From contig NC_042998.1 of assembly GCF_006345805.1 (NCBI RefSeq), positions 82,274,001-82,338,000 on the forward strand: a DNA stretch of 64,000 nucleotides. The letters are read 5' to 3'. The notes under the pieces were generated by a model, which was given only the letters and a program-made list of their open reading frames with translations, ran no database searches and was not told where the DNA came from. The translations under genes and the position numbers were made by a program. Shown piece after piece: positions 51,961 through 64,000 of this stretch; positions within the stretch are counted from its first letter, which is position 1, and each line of letters opens with the position of its first letter. Source of the stretch: Octopus sinensis (taxonomy: Eukaryota).

Positions 51961-53144
51961 TTTTCCTCAACTTCAAATAACCAACACGCACGCACACACA
52001 CACACACACATGCACACACACACACACACACATGCACACAAGCACACACACACACACACATACATACACACAAATACACACGTATATATGAATGTATGTA
52101 TGTAAATGAAAAAATGAGCTAAGAAAAATAATTCAGAGTGGCCAGTGGCACGTAACTGAACATCATAAACAAGTGAATCTATATCAAATAACTTGCACCG
52201 TAAATTTATAATTTATTAACATTATCTCGCCCATTAGAAGATGTATAACAAATTACAAATCGCAATTAAGACTAAATCCATATCAGAAGGAGTTCACCGA
52301 AGTTGACATGCCTTTCAGGAAAAGGACAGACTTTCCTGAATATAAGGAGATAGTCGTGCACACTTGTTTCTGCCCCCATAGGCGTCATCAGTACTACGAT
52401 TGTATATTCCTCTAAAGTTTCACATCTTCAAGAAGCGGTGATAAGAATAATAAATCAAGAATTTATGCGTTACGGTATTTGATTTACCTGTATTTTTCAA
52501 TGTTATTCAAATACATCCCACTGGTCGTTCCATTTTAATTCTTTTAGCTCATTTGTTTTTAAATTATACGAATTACGTGGGCCATAAATGTGTTCTACTC
52601 AATTTGTATAAATCTGAGCCGCTTGATTATTAGAATTAATTCGGCCAATTCTCTTGCTGATGACGACCATTCAGCAAGAAACATGCCCTCTTCAGACAAA
52701 AAGTCTATCCTTTTAATTAAAGGAATATCAAATTTGGAAAACTTATGATTATTGAACTTATCTCCCTTCTCCGTTTGGAGCTGGTCTTACTTGCAATTTG
52801 TTAATTATAACACGTCTTCTAGTGAAGGAAATAGTTTTAATGAATCATGACTGTTGTCATATGGATGTAATAAACCTGTATTTCTTTCTCTTTTTCTATT
52901 TGTTTCTCTCTCTCTATTAGTCTCTCTCTCTCTAGGTCCTGGTAGGGTATTTCCAGAGAAGCACTGAACCCGAGTTCAGACTAAAACTGAAATTCCTCAA
53001 GTGTAGAAAATCCTGGTTTCACGACGGTAAAACTGTTGCGTGGATGCAGCGAAGAGCAAACTATAATCCAAAGAAAAAGTCAAGGAAATCCTTTAACACA
53101 TATTTACGAGAGGTACATTATAAGACTTGCATCAAAGGTCTCCC

Positions 53145-53176
<32 letters not shown>

Positions 53177-53624
53177 CGGCAAAAAAGAAAATGGAGGGGA
53201 TACAAAAATGACATACATCAGTCGGTAGACATTCTATTATGTCTATTTATTCCAAAACATAAGGAAGCATTAAAATAACATGAATCTTGGAAGGCAAAAC
53301 TGGAAATCTATGATTTATTTCCCTTTCCTATACCTAATCCATTTTACTAAGTTGTACTCCTCTCACACTCAAAATTTTGCTCATATTCTTCATATGCCCT
53401 CTTCAATAAGAAAAATATACAGTACCTATTGGTAGACCCTCTGAAGAAGCCTATTAGCACACTCAACATCTTAACTTTATCTACCCATCCCTACAAAACA
53501 CTGAAGAGATGGAGATATCGTGGCCTCTTGACAGAAACGGCCGTACGTAACTGATCTTTTATTCTTTTATGTATTACTAGTACATATGTCTGTAGCACAC
53601 AGTCTTTGTATGTGTATGTATTCT

Positions 53625-53697
53625 TAGAATATGAGCCGAAACGTTATGTTAACAGCAAACAAGATGAGGACAAATGCAAATAATGTAAATAATGTTT
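53625..53697 (+). mobile_element. 3' terminal fragment of the 49912 Penelope family (half HHR)
   Basis: tatgagccgaaacgttatgttaacagcaaacaagatgaggacaaat...taatgtaaataatgt matches reverse complement of 49912-49985. Confidence 0.7.
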
Positions 53698-54764
53698 ATA
53701 TAAGCGTATTCACAAAGCACGGTTATTGACCTTTCCGTAACAAGTACAATAGGACGCCCTCTGTACACCTGATGCCAAAATTGCATCGCATTGTTAATCA
53801 AGGCCCCAGAGAACAACCGAAACGATTTCCTTCAGCTGAGCGCGAACAGAAATGTGAGGCACTACATCATATGTATGGTTTTCATCTGTTTAATTTATGC
53901 AATAAATTGCAGATTTTGCGATATGTGATGATCTTTGAGAGCAATCATATGATGTAAAGGGTTCGTTGAACACAGTGTGAGGCGACTGTTGTTATCGTTA
54001 GGCCTAACTCATCGTAAAGTCAATACCACCATGACTGATATCCAAACTACAGTGGAGAGGGTTAGTCACTGGATTTGGTTAAAAAGAGACGATGAGCGAT
54101 TGCTAGAAGAATATTAAGCTTTATTTGATAACCAGCTGATCTAGCAAGCGGGGCCTCATATCAGTGAGGGGAGCCGGTGTGCATTGATGCCGTCGAGAGG
54201 TAGGCCCCGAAACGGCGCGCATTCTCTCCTGATGACCCCATACACTTGCTGGCTTCCGGTATGCGGAGGTTTTGACTGGTAGCACTTGCATGTGCAAGTT
54301 GTTTGCAAGACATCTATAAAACTAAAATTATATTTGAAAGCTTAGGCATCTTCTTCGAATTCAAAAATAACTAATTTATTCTTCATCATAGACAAGGAAG
54401 ACGTTTAATAGAGAGTGCAGTTCGGCTTTAATATCATGAGTGTACATTAATGCAGCTTCTACCAACATAAGCATCTTAGAATTCAGAAAAGTCCATTTAG
54501 CTGATTTGCAAGGACTCACACGACAGCATGTCAGCCGGATATATAGCTGCTTATAATGTATACACTTGATATGACTATTAATGCTTCGTTCTCATTGACG
54601 AACAAACAACAGAATGAATTTCAACAAACTAAGTGACTAATTCACGACTCTTAAAAATATTTTATCCCACGTTACTCCATTGTATGTGTGTATGTGTATA
54701 TGTGTATATGAAAGAGTATTCACGTGTAGACTGACACATTCAGAGAGACAGACAAACAGACAGA

Positions 54765-54823
54765 CATATAGATAGATAGATGGATGGATAGATAGATAGA
54801 TAGATAGATAGATAGAGAGATAT

Positions 54824-54908
<85 letters not shown>

Positions 54909-54930
54909 CAGATAGACAGATAGATAGATC
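54765..54930. repeat. (GATA)n microsatellite
   Basis: Directly visible. Confidence 0.95.
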
Positions 54931-56039
54931 TGAGTGAAGCATTATGTATATTTACGACCACATTTGAATTCAACGTTTTCAGTACTTTCTACTGAAATTG
55001 ATTTTATGCACAAAAAGGTTATATGACTAAATATTAAATAATTAGATGGAATATGTGTAATCTATATTATCTTAATTCCAAGGTCAAATCTTAGGTGCCA
55101 TAGTTCTGAAGAAATTGAACATATTCGATTTACAATGGAAAATTGTAAAACAATGCACTCTTAGAGTTTACACTTTTCTAAACTTCAATAACAATACTTA
55201 ATATAACTTATCAAATGTATATATTTTCTAGTTGAATGAAATAAGATGAATTAAGAAATATATAGGAAATAGATTTTGTATGAATGGGTTTGATGTATAT
55301 ATTTTTTTACTTTAATATGACATTATAAACAACATCAACATGTACATCACACATTATTCTTAACACATTCTTTATAAATACTGGTTGAAACATGACGAGC
55401 AACAAAAATACTTTTCGTATGTTATGGCAGCACAAAAGTGTATTCATGCCAAGGAAATGTAGGCCACTATCTTTACCATTCTCGTTCGACTAGTTGTATC
55501 AGTTTAAAATTAATGTTCATTCTTCTAGCGTCACGAAGAAGTTCTCAAAGCAATTTTTGAAATACAATGTTGTATTGATGCAAATTTTGAATGAAGTCAA
55601 TTTGCACATGTCTAGGAACGGTTTCATTGTCGTTACCATCATTTCAGATAGAAGCAAGGAGATTCTCAAACGTTAGCAAAGATGCAACATTTTTCCTTCT
55701 TTTTCCCAGTCTCTTTGAAAGGTCTTTATAATGCTATTTTCTCTGAGCATTTTCTTCCAGTTGTCTTTCATTTGTTTCCTTAGTTGAGACTGTCTGCTTT
55801 AGCTCAAACTATTTGAATTATACAACTTCGTGTTGATGTAAACTTAATATCTGATATATCACCTTTCCAAAATAAGACACCGGTTTGAGTTTATTATTTT
55901 TTTTATAGTTATGTCAGAATTGTATGCCTTAGGTTTTGTGTTGAATGTACGTTTACTCACATTTATCCCAATTAGCAGCAAGGATTTCTTCAATCCACAC
56001 ACAAACCAACCCGCACACACACATGCGCGCGCGCTTAAG

Positions 56040-56250
56040 TGTAATCACATGTGAAAAGTTGGCGATTTTCCCCCAGTCTTGCTTTTCCCTTGGACATCCC
56101 TCTGTCTCCTGTTTCTGAAGAAGAGCTTTGCTCGAAACGCAAAATCACCTTTTTTTTTTCCTTCCCTGAGCGTCTGCTAATACTTTGTATGTACCACGTC
56201 CTCGCGTTATTGCTTTTTTTCTTGTGTTGTTCTTCGTCTTTTTTACTTAC
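56040..56250 (+). mobile_element. Family D-related element with minimal HHR at 56112-56144, followed by (TA)n
   Basis: ttt-CTGAAGA-a-gagc-ttt-gctc-GAAA-cg-CA-aaa; downstream cctgagcgt..ctaatac as in the 46930 copy. Confidence 0.7.
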
Positions 56251-56328
<78 letters not shown>

Positions 56329-56617
56329 ATGCATACATATACATACATATGTAAATGCACATATATACATATATATGTAAATATATATAGACATACATAT
56401 ATATATATATGCATATATATACATATGTAAATACACATATATACATGTGTATATATATATTTCATTCTTTTTCATAATAGACATTTACTAAAATTTATCT
56501 CAAATTACAAGAACCTGAAAAAACTAGCGTTTTACACACACACACCTCATATGTATGTATGTATACACACAGAAACACAAACACAGAAACAGACACACAC
56601 ACACACCCACACACACA

Positions 56618-56664
<47 letters not shown>

Positions 56665-57247
56665 CTGTCAGAACACAATGTACAGTATGTTGATAATTTA
56701 AACATAAAAGATTAAATTTATAATATTTTCATCTCATATGAGCTAGACATTTCACCAGCTGCTCCCATCCGACTTATTTAATTATAAACACATACACATA
56801 TATTAGACTTCAATTATTACAAACAAATGTGATACACTGATATTTGATAGAACCATCGAGTGGTTTTTGAAAAACCAATTTATAAAATAAATATTTATAA
56901 ATTGTTCACATGACATTATTTCAGAAAAATCGCTAGTAAGATCTACACTGAAATTATTTAAACACTAACCTAAGAGCCTGTTGTGCCCGTCGCTTTCATT
57001 TTAAAGACACACTATAATGATATTTCTACATTTATTTATGTTTAGTTATTTTTGTTTTACTTGTCAGGGATTTGCGTTGTCTAACCCCAAATCAAGCTTC
57101 AATGAAGAAACTTAAGTTGTGAGACATTTCATCCGTGACATTTTAGGTGTTATAAGAGACTATATTCTCCACTGTGTTGTGTCTTTACTTATAACAAGTT
57201 GTGATCGAAGAAAATTTAATTAGTAATTCTAAGCTGTCGTTGAGTGC

Positions 57248-57300
<53 letters not shown>

Positions 57301-57644
57301 ATAAGACAAGCAATATAAGAGTCTTTGGTAAAATTATTGAGCCCAATGTCAACATGTGAAATGTATTTTAATATGTGAATAACGAAGGATCAGACTGATT
57401 CCAGTTGTCATAAATTTTGATGTTAAAACCTCAGACATTTTCCTTGATACGGATACCAGTTATCGCACACTATATGAATTGTTATGATATATAGCATTGG
57501 AAATATATATATTTTATGTTGTGGTTCCTGGAGAATTAAGGTATATCTAGTCATGATTCGAATAAATAGAGACGCATTGTGTGAAGGAAAGGCAAACGAG
57601 AGCGACGGTTAGAGTTGGGAACAAAGATAAAATAATAAAGTAAT

Positions 57645-57797
57645 ATGGAAAGACATGGCGCGTCACCTTCGAAGAAGATCTGAAGCAGATAATCATCATC
57701 TGGAGAAATTCAGGCAGCTCTCAAAACCAGGGTTATTGGAGACGTCTTGCTGCCCGATGTCCAGACCAACTGTGTGTGAAAAACTAAAACTAAAACT
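57645..57797 (+). mobile_element. RTE LINE extreme 3' end
   Basis: KTWRVTFEEDLKQIIIIW...YWRRLAARC followed by (aaaact)n tail. Confidence 0.65.
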
Positions 57798-59338
57798 ACG
57801 GGGAAGAGGGTGGGAAGGAATAGAAACGTGAAAATATATATTTACATTGCAAGCTTACAGTCTATTACACAGCTGGAAAATCTGAGGAGATGAATTATCA
57901 GTTGAGGAGCCCTGATACCTATCATCCTCACCAGTTCCATCCAATGTTAATGAAGATAATTATTTCTTAGGGGTTAAAGTTATAGATGCTCCGAAAACTG
58001 TCGACATTTCTAGAAGCTTGTGGTAGAGTGTTTAACCTACATCTGATGTACAGCTTTTAAAATTGATAGGCTCAACCCTGTAAACATACCTTGGTGAAAG
58101 CTACTTGCCTATAGGCACCAAAAAATATCAACGTACTCTACAAATTGCTTTAGACATATCAGCCAAATTTTCCTCAGATTGACTTCTATTCTTTTAAAGA
58201 AACAGAGGCATAATATTTATATATTAAAATATTTTATTTTTTTATTTAGTAAATATGTGTGATGGTCACTGTGTCGTGTCAAGAAAAGCATAGCAACAAT
58301 TTATTTTTCACTTCTCTAGCTGTTCACTTTCAATCGAAATGTACTACTTACGAATATTATTTTGACTTAGAAGGCTCTATTCGGCTATAGTTTTATATAT
58401 TAGAATGGAGAAAACACTTTTATTGTTTGCTTCTCCACATATTTCGGCATTGTTTAACATCATTGCTGTTAGTGTTGTTAACGAACCCAGAAGAATGTCA
58501 AGTTTAAAGAGACGGTTCTGAAATAGAATTTCATACTCAATTCTGCACATAGATTAGAAGCATCAATTACTGATGCCATATATTAGTTAATATCAATTGT
58601 CTTCATTGCGATTGTCTTAATTACTACTACTGGCATTATTGTAATGATTAATGATCAATGTTGTAATTGCTGTTATAATTTAAGAATACGATAACATCAA
58701 TTGTTCCTACTCTCCGAGAAGGTTGTGAATAATTACTATAATCCTGTTAATTAAGATACAGTTGATAATAAAATATATTAATCGTCCTATTGGCAGACGG
58801 AACGGACATTCGTGCAGTTAAGTAGGTGTAAACAATCGAGTTTGCTGTAGAATATAACTTGAGACAATGGCTGAGCCTTGCTCACAGATCAAAGATAAAC
58901 TGGAGAGAAACGGCCCATACTGGTTAATCCAACGTCTTATTGTGTGAGAACAAAATAGAAAGAACAACAATACTGGTTTCTAAGTTAGTCACATGAGTAG
59001 CAATTTTGAGTAAAGACTAAGTGGAATCAAATCAAAACACATGGTCTGTCAAATGCCAAAATATTTGTATCTTGTCCTTTCAATTTCCTTTTATCTCTTA
59101 AACCGCAGCAAATAAAATCATTCAATACACCACTAATCTAGAGTATTACTCTCCACAATAGATATTTAATGATGGTAGCAATGCTCGTTATAAAGCACAC
59201 TGGAAAGACAAAGAGCTAGCATAAGCTAATTACAAATAATCACCAAACTGATGAGATAAAACTAACGGTCTTGTTTCAAATTCCTGCATTAATGAGTTCA
59301 TCAGTCAGATTTGATCTTGGTTATCGTAAATAGGAAAC

Positions 59339-59952
59339 AAATAGATGTAAGATATGTATGGGTATTGGTTTCATAAATCCTTTTTATGGGCATAATGCAA
59401 TATTCCAATATCCTTTGAATAAAATCCAAAAGTCCAACATAGTTTAATATGAATCCATCCAAATATAGAGATTACATTGCTTATAAACTCTATATTTGGA
59501 TGAACTGATATTAAACTCTGTTGGACTTTTGGATTTTACTCAAACGATATTGGAATATTGCATATGTACCATTATACCTATAAAACGGATTTACGAAATC
59601 AATACACATACATATCTTACATCTATTTTCTTTCCTCCACCACACTCGCTATTTGTATCACATCGAAACTAACTATGACTTAATTTTTCCTGTCACACCG
59701 TCTCCGATGAAGGGATATTATTAATTAATATCCTAGAAACAGGTGTAAGACCTTCTATCTATAAATGCTCTAATATCTATACAGCCTTGGTTTTTTTTTA
59801 TCTCATTACGCAAAAAATTCTTATATACACACGCTGACATAGAACCAACGTTGAAACCTTTATTCGCAATATTACTGAATCTGGAACTTAAATATGGTCT
59901 GTCTATAGCACTTATTCAGCATTACATGACACCATTATCTCTTATAACCTCA
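59339..59952 (+). mobile_element. Non-coding HHR element: ~130-bp inverted 5' arm (59339-59470 vs 59488-59628), HHR, 3' segment, then (TA)n
   Basis: aaatagatgtaagatatgtatg...catccaaatatagag / ctctatatttggatg...catacatatcttacatctattt. Confidence 0.8.
59700..59751 (+). ncRNA. Type I HHR with CCGAUGA core
   Basis: gtct-CCGATGA-agggatatta-ttaat-taatatccta-GAAA-caggtg-TA-agac. Confidence 0.7.
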
Positions 59953-59966
59953 GCTATATATATATA

Positions 59967-60010
59967 TCGAGTTTGTACACAGTGCTATTGAATCGAGGGT
60001 TTTATTTAAA

Positions 60011-60049
<39 letters not shown>

Positions 60050-60431
60050 TTAAATAAAACCCTCGATTCAATAGCACTGTGTACAAACTCGATACTTGGA
60101 ATGACCAACTTTAAACACCATTGGAATTTACGCACAAGGTACTGGAATCTTATATGTATACCATTCTGCCTAAATAATGGATCTACAAATGCAATATCTC
60201 TGCATATCTCACATCTATTTTCATTGCTCTACGTCACTCTTTATTTCGTATCTTATCTAAATTATCTATTGCTTAATCATTTTCTCACACCGTCTTCGAT
60301 GAAGGGATATAATAAATGTTCTGGAAACAATTGTAAGACCTATTTATAAATGTTCTAAAATCTTCACAGCCTTGGTTTTTTATCTCATTCTGACACTTTT
60401 GGGCGTTAGTGACACCATTACCTCTCATAAC

Positions 60432-60435
<4 letters not shown>
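59967..60435 (+). mobile_element. Sister HHR element: 44-bp inverted repeat flanking a (TA)n tract, decayed HHR at 60292-60339
   Basis: atcgagtttgtacacagtgctattgaatcgagggttttatttaaa / exact reverse complement at 60050-60093; gtct-TCGATGA-agggatat..atgttctg-GAAA-caattg-TA-agac. Confidence 0.75.
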
Positions 60436-60528
<93 letters not shown>

Positions 60529-61745
60529 GATGTATACGTATATCGTATTTATGCGTGTGCATATATACAAAAGTGTGTGTGCATGTGCCTATCTGCATGC
60601 ATGAATACACACACACACATACGCACACTCACGCACACACACGTATATATATATTTGAGAGAGAGGAAGAATTTAGTTAGAGGAAGGGGATAGTGGGAGA
60701 TAAGTAAAAGAAAGGACATAAAAGGGATTTATATATTAAATCGTGGGGAGGCGATAACACAATGAACTTATATGAAAACTACTCCGAATTAAACTAAATA
60801 TTGTTATGCAAAGACTGTATAGTTGTACATACAATATATAAATTTCGTATCAATATACGAATAATTTACGCATTTTACCTGTATTTATCCATATTGTGTG
60901 GTATAATATTATTATTCGCCGTATAACGCATTTCTTTAATGAATTTATTACGGCTTTGCGGGATTTAAACATAAGGTTTCCGAGAATAGATAATTGATTT
61001 TGTTGAAAAGAACTTCGTTGCTACTATCAGGTTATAGGGAGTCATGAAACAGGAATTAATGGATTTGTTTCGTTATGTATTTGACGCGCAGATGAAATTC
61101 TATATATGCAAGAATGCAATATCTGTGTTTATTACTTTGCTTATTCTGTAATTATCAATATCCTGTAATGGATTATTAGCTGTATTAAGAAAATTATGAT
61201 TCTAAGAAAGTAGGATTATGGCATTAACGTCCTTCTAAATGATAATACAAACAACTGTCAAATAGTAAATAGAGGAATCACAAATTTGGATCGTGTTGCA
61301 TAATTTCCTTATATTTCATTCTGTTCTCTGATGCCCACGTATATTCACCATTGCATGCAGTCTGCCGACAATCTATTATGACTATCCGTACGAAATATCG
61401 ATTGCTGTATTATTGCAAGTGAATTGATTTTCTTAACTGGTTTCTGACATCAGTTGGTGTACTCCTACCGCTGTCATGTATCTCCTCACATCATGTTATG
61501 AATACCTTCATACCTATTATGTGTATGTCGTATACATACACTTTACGCATACTGATGTTTCGTACCAGCTGATGACTGTGGATACATGATATGTTTTACT
61601 TACTGAGCTTCCTATATTTTCGGAACATTTTCAAACCTTATTTTTTTAAGGTTATATTTTTACAAAAATTATAGCCAGCGCTGACGTTTTGCTACAACGT
61701 TTCATATCAAGATCTCAGATGTAAACAAAAAATGAGATCGGAGAC

Positions 61746-62008
61746 AAAAATGGTTAATGAGTGTATATGCATAAATTTTAGGGTTGGTGTTAGCCTCTTC
61801 ATCAGCACTCATCTAACACACACTTGCCTCCGAACACAGCATTCAGCCGTGTAAAGTTTAATGTGTAAATTGGTATATCCAATAACTTTAGACTGCTGTA
61901 AGTGGCGGCTGTATAAACAATGTGTTCGGAGGCAAGAGTGGATTACTTGAGTGCTGATGAAGGGGCAAAAATCCCAAATATGGCATATACACTCATTACC
62001 CATTTTTA
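61746..62008. mobile_element. Old foldback element with two decayed HHRs in inverted orientation (61759-61810 minus; 61949-61994 plus)
   Basis: gagtg-CTGATGA-agggg..tccc-aaa-tatggcata-TA-cactc and its diverged reverse complement. Confidence 0.65.
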
Positions 62009-62049
62009 CATCCGATCTCATTATTTGTTTACATCTGGCGCCTCGATAC

Positions 62050-62800
62050 GAAACATTGTAGCAAAAAATCAGTGCTATAGAAATAACCGTAACAAAATAA
62101 TCTAAAGAGCACTACTAATGCAGTAGGACGTGGTATTCACTCATAAAAACATTTAATACACTTTATAGAATATAGTTGCATAACGTAATTTCACTTGGCT
62201 ACAAGTCTTTAACATTTTGAAACCAGCGGAGGTTTCATTGCACCTATGTCTCTTCCACGCTAAGGGGCTCGGTTTTCTCTAATATGAGATAGTATTCAAC
62301 ACTGTCTCTTGGTCTGACGTTTATGATCCCTCTGAAGGTCTCATCAAGTATACATGCAGTTTCGAATCTGTTCTACACAATAAGTTGGATAATATTAATC
62401 TGACATACATAATAAGTTGGATAACACTACTGCTTGGAAGTCATTGCACTTCACTAGAATCAAAACGACCTTGTTGTTCCACAATTGTACCCCCAAGATT
62501 GGGAATTCCAAGATGCTTCTTGCTCATTCTACGATCAAGTTTGTCCCTGTCTCTACTATCATTACCTATGTTACTGCAGGGATAGGTACACTAGCTGTCC
62601 TTTTCAAACTCCTGCCCTTTCATAAGGATTATTATACCTTTAATAAAAAAAAAGTACCACCATTGTTCCTTATATTAATTTTCGTTTCAATGTTTATGGC
62701 TGTGTCGTTGAAAGCATCCAACCTGCTCTGAATATCCTCTGCACTACGGAAGACAACAGTGTGATCATCTTGCAAAACATTTCTAATTAACATAAGTGTG
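62050..62800 (-). mobile_element. Degenerate RTE-clade LINE RT fragment
   Basis: Reverse translation LQDDHTVVFRSAEDIQSRLDAF...KIN and FRGIINVRPRDSVEYYLILEKTEPLSVEE...NLRWF. Confidence 0.65.
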
Positions 62801-64000
62801 ACGTCGTTCTTAGGTTTGTATCATTGGCTGCATGAGTATGTATACATACTTACACACACAAACACACACATACACAAACACTCACACATATACAATATAT
62901 ATATATATATGTGTGTGTGTATGTGTGTGTATGTATGTATGTGTCACCTACCAACCCTCCATCCTGCCCCTCTAACACACCGTTCTCCGAGCCTTCCGGC
63001 AACTCCAGTCCGACCCCTCCACCTTGCACATCTTCCCCAACCTACCCTCCTCCCTTCATCTGACACCTACTTCGTCTCTTCACACCTACCCACCTTCTCT
63101 CTTCGGTGATACCACCGACAACTCCTCCTCACCGCACTACTACCGATACACCGACACCCCACACCGACACCCCACATAACACCTTCAGCCTTGTTTTCAG
63201 ATGTAAAATATACCGTCACGTGATACTAACGCACGAGCGTAGCGGGGAAACATACAAAAGTTTATAAACTTAATCATGTATTCATTCTCTACAAACACCT
63301 GATAGAAAACAATCAGAGCATTGATTGCTTGGATATGTTCAGTTAACCGTCTCAGCCTTAACTTACAACGCTATTGTCACTTGATACCAACACACAATAG
63401 TTTGTAAGACCAGACACCTGACTCTCCTCAATCAATCAAATATTATTCAAGGCGTATACTAATTTGAGCCATAAAACACTGGTTAGAAGCAAGACAGCTG
63501 AGACATAAGCCACGCCTTTCTATTTGAACTTTTTGAAAATCAGTGTAAGCTGTGAAACCGGTTAAAGCTTCAAATATATTAATAACAAATATTTTAACTA
63601 TTCTCCGTGCATTTTCAACTTATATTGTCTTTATATATATATATATATATATATCAGAATTACTGAAGAACTATTAAACTAAGGGAGATAATGATGGTGC
63701 TAGCGTGCAGACAGAGATATAGTAACAAGCTGCATACGGTTGAAATTTATCGATATCATTTATATTTCGACTCTCATTCTACTCTGTGAGGGCTCTTTCA
63801 CATGAGTGAATACATTTTAGTGCTTTACAAACCTCCGGAGTCCCTCTCACAAGCTTGATTGGTTCATTGTAGAGAATGATTGGTGAAGTCAATAGGAACA
63901 ACATACAAAGCATCGTCCTGTTCCACATATTCTCCTGTGATTGTTGCAGGCAGAACATTAATTATTTCTATCGAAATCCCTAACTCTCTGAACTCAATTT

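Noticed and set aside
54140-54240. ggggcct...aggcccc-gaaa hairpin near ctgatga
   Set aside because: Order and pairing of elements do not give a consistent hammerhead topology.

Overview
AT-rich eukaryotic, repeat-saturated DNA with no convincing host protein-coding exon. The abundant (TA)n/(CA)n/(GATA)n/(AAT)n microsatellites and the particular tRNA-derived SINEs suggest a coleoid cephalopod (Octopus-like); this is an inference from recognition, not a database result. Recognisable coding remnants are all transposon-derived: three Penelope-like (PLE) GIY-YIG fragments, a gag/zinc-knuckle ORF1-only element, CR1-like and RTE LINE fragments, and a Tc1/mariner 5' end. The main discovery is a dense set of type I hammerhead-ribozyme (HHR) motifs, about 17 copies in at least 7 families, carried by small non-coding elements. 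These share one architecture: an inverted 5' fragment, then one or more HHR-bearing units with terminal redundancy, usually abutting (TA)n. The best case is a 3 x 601-bp, apparently identical tandem array with one intact HHR per unit (29240-31237), a retrozyme-like or non-autonomous PLE system predicted to release 601-nt monomers or circRNAs. Two related ~350-360-bp families carry a compensatory U3-A8 catalytic core, another family has a minimal HHR with an extra A, and one Penelope 3' end has a tRNA-like Pol III cassette just upstream of its HHR. All structure calls were made by eye and coordinates are approximate to a few bases.
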